This document shows, one piece after another, positions 10,101-17,900 of a stretch of 29,686 nt of DNA. Below the pieces are notes generated by a model. That model was not told the origin of the DNA and made no database searches. It saw nothing but the letters and a program-made list of their open reading frames with translations. Made by a program: the position numbers and the translations under genes. Numbering within the stretch: position 1 is the stretch's first letter; each line of letters opens with the position of its first letter. This stretch comes from a virus (lineage: Duplodnaviria > Caudoviricetes): IMG/VR virus record IMGVR_UViG_3300042444_000673, positions 1 to 29,686 of that record; one strand, written 5' to 3'.

Positions 10101-10274
10101 GGAGAATACACCAGTACTGAAAGTTCTATTTACCTTTTCAGTTACTGCAGTTGTAAAACTAAAATTACCTTGGGTCAACCCACCTCCAGCAACAAGTTGA
10201 ACTCCAACTAAATTGTCTGAAAAAGTGTCAGCCCCTGATGCACCTTGTGGTGGACAAGTAAAATTATTGGCCAT
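7101..10274 (-). CDS. Baseplate wedge protein with P2 gpI / T4 gp7-like core and large extra domains
   Basis: Motif DIPSQLLRNLALTLGW...YRNIILNSAYLFKAKGTRKSIEGLLRMIG (~8860-9130) matches the LA..W...R..I......KGT..(A/S)I..L signature of the P2 tail protein I family. It lies in an operon with gp25/gp6-like genes. Confidence 0.6.
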   Translation of the reverse strand: MANNFTCPPQGASGADTFSDNLVGVQLVAGGGLTQGNFSFTTAVTEKVNRTFSTGVFSNPMSLESMGINDVEQAKSIIENNFKVYPNFDLTQVLNYTTYGSMVKRMSAAITTIISYYPAAIESTAIGLNYTSGLTATNIIYNDVTNETNFNLDVARLRNPFEVDFTINSTRNLQLREVQVSPLRDMTLQYANYSLYYLGNGYNVTRIIPTTSLTSGVLTIYVAGNPFSGSSISYDDIIVRPNDSVVSKTFNEDLDEVENFLLNRNVSPIYTSSFKVPIEAEDGTFYIENRFLSWPLYGRWNIDILTANFQQYLISLNQISEFYDSNKTNLISRFLTTGAFNDFDTDGRKVEKVLQIYGRSFDDVQKYITALSFMPSVNYNVGNDIPSQLLRNLALTLGWSTNISPVSSDDFLTSVFGQTNNDTSNFAGVSTQTSPDELNYQYYRNIILNSAYLFKAKGTRKSIEGLLRMIGAPEALTEFNEYIYLADDKINLGQFNTYWATISGGTYISETPTLEEGNLFSIQGITYTGFTTTNSITSVNLSLSDYPIDNEGYPSTPPDSDDYFFQIGGGWFEQTPQHRGPAVVEPTFSTFTGQSTNLQTTLLPPTYGQTYLNRYREFPFMNLGFVLTPQIDNNKSWYDSETGLRSNLDGNLNARYFVNDDKLVMNVKNVDIFMNPAQGIVYDVWAMSRKYNYPIPNEGLNYVPPTYCDPNPYTIYPDRGGVDWTIINPQPKRKTFFEFAQTFWQNTINVRNRQFASNGKTGGYPTLESIYWKYIQSEEFANLTNNNFKYENMIEYVNGMGDYWIRLIEQMVPATTIWNTGIKMENSIFHRQKFVWRRQEGCQLIAGNEGGTQTVPPIRNPQGGVLVTTPPSGVSVPSIKFPPSNTSANNGGGFKGRPALNRPGALITNVFEYDCNIESVECSIYPWQSDPQVTSITGILGKVLNNYLTNNGYELNDCVLNTLTSEWYIELKINNVTMVQLPFFNGSTYSFTPFNAPSQTQYYNALISSLDSLKNMGYDYYLTDNDKVIVYNQTCQTDDNGLVFTIDIGINFQIYCS

Positions 10275-11182
10275 TATTGAGTGATATTTGTGAAGTTTTT
10301 ACTGAAATCAATATTGTCAACCCTATCTTGTCTAACCTCATATAATAGGTCATTAAATTGGTCTCTAATTTCGTATAGATTGTATTGTTTATATATGTTA
10401 TTATCACTATCGTATAATGTGTATATACCATCATCAATAGATTTGGTTTGATTACCAAATAAACCTATAGCTAAGGTTGAGAAATCGTGTTCCGCAACTT
10501 CAATATCCATAACAATTGGATTGAAAAAAGTATTTGTGATTATAATACTTTGATTTGGTTGTCCTATGAATGGAATTGCATTTGGTTTGTTTGTTGGTGC
10601 TGTTGATGGTGATAAAGTACAGAAGATTAAATTTGTATTTGAATCAGTGTATCTATATCTTATTGATTTTTGTGATGTGTTTGTCAAATTTTGAACAACT
10701 GGTTCACAAAAGAAAGAAGATGTTATTATTCTAAAAAAGTTTGGTATTTTTGAACCATCTGAGTTCAAATACTCAACTCTAAATCCAACTAAACCTTGAT
10801 TTACAAATTTATTAATGAATTCGTTTGGAACAGAATTAAGGTCAATCACAAGTCCTTTCACATTCGGTAATGCGGATAAAATTCCACAATCCAAAATAGT
10901 TGTTCTTATTTGAGCAGGTCTTATCATCAGGGTATATATACCCAATCTATTAAATTGTTCAGCAGGTAAAGTTAAATTATACAATCCACCCAATATTTCA
11001 ACGTTGGCATTTCCACCAGTTTCTGAATTATTGAAATATGGTCTTAGTATTGATTTAGCATCCAACTTTGTTAGTACAAAATTTTGTGTTTCATCTCTTG
11101 ATGGTGTATAATTCAATATGATTTCCACATCTTCGGGTGAAACATCAGCAGGTCTTATTGTACCGTAATTACCTATTGCCAT
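10274..11182 (-). CDS. Hypothetical protein, probable virion structural protein (302 aa)
   Basis: Long ORF in the baseplate operon; its stop overlaps the next start (TAATG). No recognised motif. Confidence 0.6.
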   Translation of the reverse strand: MAIGNYGTIRPADVSPEDVEIILNYTPSRDETQNFVLTKLDAKSILRPYFNNSETGGNANVEILGGLYNLTLPAEQFNRLGIYTLMIRPAQIRTTILDCGILSALPNVKGLVIDLNSVPNEFINKFVNQGLVGFRVEYLNSDGSKIPNFFRIITSSFFCEPVVQNLTNTSQKSIRYRYTDSNTNLIFCTLSPSTAPTNKPNAIPFIGQPNQSIIITNTFFNPIVMDIEVAEHDFSTLAIGLFGNQTKSIDDGIYTLYDSDNNIYKQYNLYEIRDQFNDLLYEVRQDRVDNIDFSKNFTNITQ

Positions 11183-11202
11183 TTTATATAATCTGTTTTT
11201 TA

Positions 11203-11209
11203 ATAAATA
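11203..11209 (-). promoter_or_regulatory. TATTTAT putative phage promoter element
   Basis: GATATTTATT on the - strand, 20 nt upstream of the ATG at 11182; the same motif occurs in other leaders. Confidence 0.45.
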
Positions 11210-11215
11210 TCAATT

Positions 11216-12391
11216 TTATGTTTTTATAACGTTGAAAAAACCATACCCATATTTGGTTAAGTCCCCAACATTATCAACCTCACCCAACCTCATAAATCTT
11301 TCCAATGCTGAGTTTTTACCCCTCTCAACAAGTACAGCCGATTGTATTTCAGGTTCATCAACCACGTTAAGTAGAAATTCTTGTTTTGTTATTGCTGAAC
11401 AAACAACATCAATTGGTGTTACACCTGAAAGAACAAAAATTGTTGTTCCATCTTCATAATCATAGTAATCCATACCATTAATTGTGTAAGCAGTATAAGG
11501 TAATTGTGGGTTTCCACTATATACAATACCAACAACACCAGTTGAACCAGTAACTTGTTCATCAGCTTTATATTTACCACCATAAAGACTATTCTTAGGC
11601 CCGTATTGTGATAAGTCTTCGATTGATGACTTTGTAAAACCCGTTATTATTAAAGGACCTGAAAGATATGGATTTGTCCCTCCTTGGTATATTTCACAAG
11701 TTGAGTCACCACTAAACAAAAAGTCATATTCTAAAGGTGTACCTGACCAACTACCACCTTGTGGAATGAAAAATGCAGTTCCACTTGGATTGTCAATTGT
11801 AACACCAGTAAATGGAACATTAACTTTCTTTTTAATCAAGTTATTTCCCCAAGGACTCATACCACTAAATGTAATTGTATATTCACCAGGGGTTAAATAA
11901 GTGTGGTTATATGGGGATGGTAAGTTAGAATCAACAACTACAACAGCTGAGTTGTCCCCCCAATCCAAATAGTACTTTGAAAAACTTAAAAATTTTTTTA
12001 ATTCGAGCTCCGATGTATTGTAAAAAGAACAAACTAATGGAGGTGCTGTACTACCTGATACTAAGAAATTTAACATAGTATCTTTTTGTAATATAAAACC
12101 ATCAAATACAGAATAATATCCGAAATCGACTGCTGTTTGTGTCAAAAATACTGGTATGGTTAAACCAGTTAATAATGAGGAACCATCAGTTCCACCTGAT
12201 AATATATCAGTTAAAGCAGAATATGCTATTGTAAAACCAGTGTAGTTTTGGGTTGTTGTTGTAGTCGTTACTTCACAACAAGGGTCTATCGTTACACCAG
12301 TTGGTGAATTACCTGCATTATATTTTACAAAGAATTTATCTCCATTGATAAATTCTGGTGAAATTCTTATATGAAATTTTCTATCTTGCAT
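11216..12391 (-). CDS. Probable virion protein with PKD-like domain (391 aa)
   Basis: YYLDWGDNS...NHTYLTPGEYTITF PKD-like motif; poly-Thr run; dense [ST]GxT motifs. Confidence 0.6.
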   Translation of the reverse strand: MQDRKFHIRISPEFINGDKFFVKYNAGNSPTGVTIDPCCEVTTTTTTQNYTGFTIAYSALTDILSGGTDGSSLLTGLTIPVFLTQTAVDFGYYSVFDGFILQKDTMLNFLVSGSTAPPLVCSFYNTSELELKKFLSFSKYYLDWGDNSAVVVVDSNLPSPYNHTYLTPGEYTITFSGMSPWGNNLIKKKVNVPFTGVTIDNPSGTAFFIPQGGSWSGTPLEYDFLFSGDSTCEIYQGGTNPYLSGPLIITGFTKSSIEDLSQYGPKNSLYGGKYKADEQVTGSTGVVGIVYSGNPQLPYTAYTINGMDYYDYEDGTTIFVLSGVTPIDVVCSAITKQEFLLNVVDEPEIQSAVLVERGKNSALERFMRLGEVDNVGDLTKYGYGFFNVIKT

Positions 12392-13212
12392 TATTGATTT
12401 ACATATTCATACCACTTTATTGGATTACTGTTATCTCCACCGATTCTTTGACCTGAACTATTAAAAATTTGATAAGTTTTCCTATCATAGTCCAACACTA
12501 CTTTATTATAAAAATATGTTGAACCTGAAAAATTAAATCTTCCGACACCATTTGGTAAAACTGATTGAGGTTGATTCATCATTTTAACGAACACACCGAT
12601 TTTAGCATCAAAAAACTTTGCACTCATATAAAAAGTATCAATATCAATGTAACTTCTACTCCTTAACCAATAAATGAAAAACCCTTCCTTGTCTCCAACA
12701 TAATCCAATTTGAATTTTGGTTTTTTTATTAAGACATCAGGAGTATATGGTGATGTTGATGCAGTCATCGTAAATCCTTGTTGAGTCGGAATTATGATGG
12801 TAAAATAATTGGTTTGATTTTTCGGGTCAGGATTATCGTAAAAATCCAGTTTGAAAAATGATTTAGTAAATGAATTACTAAAATAATATATTTCTTTAGT
12901 TGTAAATCCTTCAGTCACATATGAGTTCACCCAGTCAGTTACTGCTGTAGTTGCAGAAATACTTGTTGTAGACCCGGTATTATAAAAATAAAATTCGTAA
13001 TTTATTTCAGTTTTGGGGTCTAAAGGTGAAACAACATCATGAGCAAATTGAGTAATTTCAAAATCTTCAGGTGAACCAATCACTTGTCCAACTATTTCAT
13101 TTTGATAAATCTCAATACTATCTGACCTATCCAAAAAATCCCATTGGATTTCGATAGGTAATTGAATTGATTGATTCGTAACTGGTAGTCTAAAATAATA
13201 ATAATTACTCAC
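12391..13212 (-). CDS. Hypothetical protein, probable virion structural protein (273 aa)
   Basis: Long aromatic-rich ORF overlapping both neighbours in the structural operon. Confidence 0.6.
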   Translation of the reverse strand: MSNYYYFRLPVTNQSIQLPIEIQWDFLDRSDSIEIYQNEIVGQVIGSPEDFEITQFAHDVVSPLDPKTEINYEFYFYNTGSTTSISATTAVTDWVNSYVTEGFTTKEIYYFSNSFTKSFFKLDFYDNPDPKNQTNYFTIIIPTQQGFTMTASTSPYTPDVLIKKPKFKLDYVGDKEGFFIYWLRSRSYIDIDTFYMSAKFFDAKIGVFVKMMNQPQSVLPNGVGRFNFSGSTYFYNKVVLDYDRKTYQIFNSSGQRIGGDNSNPIKWYEYVNQ

Positions 13213-14968
13213 AAGGGTCTGTTGTAGGATCTTCGATTATGGTTTGTTCTACGAAATCAGTGCCTTCAGGAATAATCCTGAACATATAGTTTCCATACGG
13301 ATAATGTGAACCATTTAAGAATGGATAATTAACACCTAAACCAGTTGTGTCAACATAACCATAAGAATATATATCTCTCCACTTAAAAACATTATCATTA
13401 ACTGAGAAATAAGCGTAATTAGGAATGTCATAATTATTTTGTGGTGGGGCATCTTCTATGTAATCTGAAAAAACTCTGATTGTTAACGGATAATGTGGTT
13501 CATAATAATATCCTTTTGGATTTGTTGTTACAGATGTTTCATTCAAATTGAATACATTTGAATTATATGTGAGTTTATGATATAAATGTGAAATTACTCT
13601 TTCTTTTTGTTCGTAATCATTCCATTCACAAAATGCTCCATCTAAAATATCACCTGACCTTAATGAATCAACATAAGTGAAAGTATAACTATCTCGTGTA
13701 TATTCACTATAATTAAAATTTGTATTTGATTTGGAATTTGAATACACCCACCAATTTGTTGGTGTACCCCCATTTGGTAAATTAAATTGGTATCCTTGTT
13801 TTAATTTTCTAAAATCATTATTAACATCTTTACCTAAAGTCCAACCAAAATAACCTTTCCATAAAATCGTGAAAAATAATTCAGTCAAAGGTCTTTTTTG
13901 ATTATCAAGTAATGGATTTATTCTTATATCATTATTAAATGATAATGTGTAGGCTTGAGACCCTTCTAAAACTGATACTCTTGCAACACCATTTGGTGTA
14001 AAACCAGAACTTTCGTATTTCTTTTTAGACACAAATATATTTTGTTCAAATCCCGCTTTAACCATAACAGCATCTTCAGTATTAGTTAATATTTGATGTC
14101 TTCTTATATAATATTTTGAGATAGTATCACCTGTATTATTGTTATTAATTACTCTTTTTAATGTTCCGTTAACTCCGTTATTAAATGTTGTACCAGTGTA
14201 TCCAACATCAATAATATTGAAGGAATATTCATCCGTATTAAAAAATTCATTACCCAAAGTATAAACTTGGAAAATACTATTGTTGTTATAAGATAAACTT
14301 AAAATAACGTATTCACCAACACTTAATCCATGTTTCATTGGACTATTAAAAGTAATCAATGGCTTACCATTTGCTATTCTTTTTTGAATAGTGAATGGAA
14401 TACCAGTTGACGCTGACCAAGATATTAAAACATTATTTTTATTTAATACTTCCAATTGTCTGTCAACATTATCATAAGCATAAGTTAAGTAAAAATTCCA
14501 ATTGTAAGAACTTGCACTTTTTGAAACAAAATTCACATGTACTATTGGTGGACTTGTATTACCTGATGGAATAGTGTAACCTGAAATATTATAGTCATTT
14601 CTGACAAAATCAAATTCATTAAATTGGGGGTAACCAGACCAAATAGTTGATGAACCAAATTCACACTGTGTTGCTGCAGCAGCTTCAGCGTTTACATAAT
14701 ACAAATTGTTTTCAAATGGTGGATAATTTGTTGTTCCACTAAACCTATTTTTGAAAATCAATGAAAACTTACAAGTTGGTCTAAATAAATCTGATATTTG
14801 TCTTTCGTCATCAAAAACTTGTTCTAATGAAACGTCAACACTTCTATCAAACTCATCCATTTCTTTGTGAGTTTGTAAAAGTGGCACTTGAAAAAATAGA
14901 TTCGTATTAGGTGCCGATTTGTACCTAAGTGAACCTAAAACTACTCTTAAATTATCTACGTTTCCCAT
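13205..14968 (-). CDS. Hypothetical protein, probable virion structural protein (587 aa)
   Basis: Long ORF coupled to both neighbours (TAATG at 14968; 8-nt overlap at 13205-13212); N/T/Y-rich composition. Confidence 0.6.
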   Translation of the reverse strand: MGNVDNLRVVLGSLRYKSAPNTNLFFQVPLLQTHKEMDEFDRSVDVSLEQVFDDERQISDLFRPTCKFSLIFKNRFSGTTNYPPFENNLYYVNAEAAAATQCEFGSSTIWSGYPQFNEFDFVRNDYNISGYTIPSGNTSPPIVHVNFVSKSASSYNWNFYLTYAYDNVDRQLEVLNKNNVLISWSASTGIPFTIQKRIANGKPLITFNSPMKHGLSVGEYVILSLSYNNNSIFQVYTLGNEFFNTDEYSFNIIDVGYTGTTFNNGVNGTLKRVINNNNTGDTISKYYIRRHQILTNTEDAVMVKAGFEQNIFVSKKKYESSGFTPNGVARVSVLEGSQAYTLSFNNDIRINPLLDNQKRPLTELFFTILWKGYFGWTLGKDVNNDFRKLKQGYQFNLPNGGTPTNWWVYSNSKSNTNFNYSEYTRDSYTFTYVDSLRSGDILDGAFCEWNDYEQKERVISHLYHKLTYNSNVFNLNETSVTTNPKGYYYEPHYPLTIRVFSDYIEDAPPQNNYDIPNYAYFSVNDNVFKWRDIYSYGYVDTTGLGVNYPFLNGSHYPYGNYMFRIIPEGTDFVEQTIIEDPTTDPCE

Positions 14969-17900
14969 TATTGTATTCTTTCAGTATTTATCCATTTTTT
15001 AGCAAATCTATCCCAAGCACTCGCACCTTTTTTCAATCCAAAATAAAAATAAAATGGTGCACCAACTGTAATTAAATTATTGTCAGGATTATTAACGTCC
15101 CAAGAATTATTCAATGGATTGAGTGATGGTGTAACATAGAATGGCGAAGTATAAGGACCTGCTGGTGGATTTATCCTCGTGTCTATCGAATATATATAAC
15201 CCTTTCTATCACCAACAAACAAACTTGTATTTGTTCTGAAATATCTTGATAAAGAGTTTGCTCTATCCATAGATTGATATTTGAAACTATGGAACAACGA
15301 ATTATCTATTGAATTTGAATACCAATCGTTCTTTTGAGAACCGAAAATACTATTCAAATTAGGTGTGTTCTCATTGTCTTTAATCTCCCATTGATAAAAA
15401 GGAACTTCTTGAGAGTAGCAATAAAAATTATTAAATGCACAATTGTCATTTGCCAAAGCTTGGTTATTGATAATAGTTCTTTTTGGTGTTATAAAATCTC
15501 GAACTTGTGTATCTGAAGAATAAAAAATACCGAAAATAGTATCACCAAATTCACCAGTGTTAAAATAAACTGGATCAATAACTACAGGCACACCAGGAGG
15601 TGGGGTTGTGTTTGGGTAAGCCGAAGATTCAAAAGGTACTACCCCCAACTCAGAATTTATTGATATCATTTGAGCATAATCAGCATCAACGTTTAATCTT
15701 TGATTTACACTAAATAAAGGAACACGTGTGAAGTATTCGAATATACTCCCACCATTAGCACCAACTAAGATTGCAATAAAACTTGTATTTGCTAATCTTG
15801 TTATTATTAGTAAGTTCAGTAATTCAGACACATCTTGATAAGAAGTACTACTTAATCTGTTCATAACATATCCATCATACTCATCGGAAAAGACAAGTTC
15901 TTGTAAATAGTCGTTTCTCGGACCTAAATCCATAATTGTTGTAGGGAATAACAGATTCTTTCTATTTGGTAAATATGAAGCTGTTCTACCCAAAAATCCA
16001 AAGGTATTAGGGGATGAACCAGGTCCATAAGGACTACTACGATAGTAAAAATTATTAGTATCAGAATCATAGTAAATCAAAGCTGGACAAAAAACAGGTA
16101 TATCGTTACCACTAATGTCTGTAGTTTTATTATTTTTGAACGCAAAGGCATATAATGTACCATTTATCCAATTATGTGTAAATAAGTGTGAAAATACATT
16201 TCTACAAGCACCAAACGTAATATTCAATCTAGATAACCATTCAGTAACTAAACCAAGGTCGTAAACTAAAGAACCAAAAACAGTTGTCACTAATTTATAA
16301 CATCCATTTTCGAAAACTTGTTTACCCAAATATTTTTGACAATTACCTGAATTAATGATGTAATCACCACCACCCGGATTAGTTCCATCACGAAGAGTAA
16401 GATTAGCATCAAATTCGTAACAACCTAAGTTTCTACTATCAGAACAATTATTTGTACTTCTAAGTAATTCGGCCGTGAAATTAGGTATTTCAGTATCATC
16501 CTCATAAGGTTGACTTCCAAAGGTAGCACCAACATTTAGTGGAACATCAAAAGTCCCCTCATCAGGTATTATATACATTCCTAAATTTTGGTTTTGTTGC
16601 AAAGTATAATAAGTATCACAATTTTGTAATAGTCTATCTGAGGTTGGTAATCTGTCTGACCTCATAACTAATTTTCTACTTTGAAACTGAGTTGTAGTAT
16701 AATTCCAATTAATTCCCGAAAAATACATCGGTGAAACATATCTAGAAGATTCATATGTTTGTGGTTGTCCAGTACCACTATCAATTATAAGAGTACCGAA
16801 AAACTGAAAACTCCCAATACGACCAATATCACCACCTATTGTCATATAACTACCCCCTTCAACTATTTCATTAGGATAATAACCTCTGTTTTGTGAACTA
16901 CTATTCAGTACATTCGTTGGTAGATTTTGTTTAGCATAAACATTTGGAATAATAAGAACATTATATTCTATAATATGTTGATTTACATTTTGGTCTGACC
17001 CAATTGAAGCCCCCTTAGAAGACTGAAATCCTGCACCACCTCTAGGCTCAGGAACTTGAGGTAGTGGGCAATTAGTCCAATCTACACTTAAAATATTAGA
17101 ATTGTCAAGTGAGGAATAGTAATGAGGTAAATTACTTGTAAAAGCACTAAATGTTTGTTGTGAAGGATTTGGTGCTGGTATATAATCATAAGATGTGTAG
17201 TATAATTGGGAATTACTATATGAGTCTAATTGACTTATATCAGAGATTAAATTTGAATGTGAGACATTGAAAAACCCACCTTGTACTGGAATGTTCAAAT
17301 GATATTTTCCTTGGACACTTACCAATGTTGGGTCAGCTACACCAAATATTCTTCCTAAATCAAATTTAGTCTCTACCCTCGTTGTATATGGGTCAACACC
17401 TCTTTGTAAAATCACAATTATATTTTTTTCGTAATCTTGTAGTGAACGTAAACTAGGTATTGTTTCAACTCTTTGATTAAGAAAATCTCCTATTTCTATA
17501 TTAATGAAAGTATCGTTGTCTAAAAATCTATTTTTCAAACTTTGTCCTAAAACAGGAACTCCACCCAATACCGCGTAAAATTGTGCTAAGTTTGCTTGAG
17601 TACTGAAATCAGAATACGTCATAGCCGTAATTACTTGAAAATATTCAATGTCAGTTGGGAATTTGTGACAATTGGTATTTCCGGTACTACTTCCATCAGA
17701 TTGAGGAATGGTATAAATAGTTGTTCTCAAACTACCATCAGGTAGTGTAAATGGAACATTGATTTGAACTTGAGTAGCTCCAGGATTCGTTAAATTCAAA
17801 TAACTTGTACCAGTTATGGCATTATTTTGAAACTCGTTTAATGTTCCCCCACTATAATTTATATCTTTCGTTGTGTTTGGACTAACAAAAGATAGAAGTG

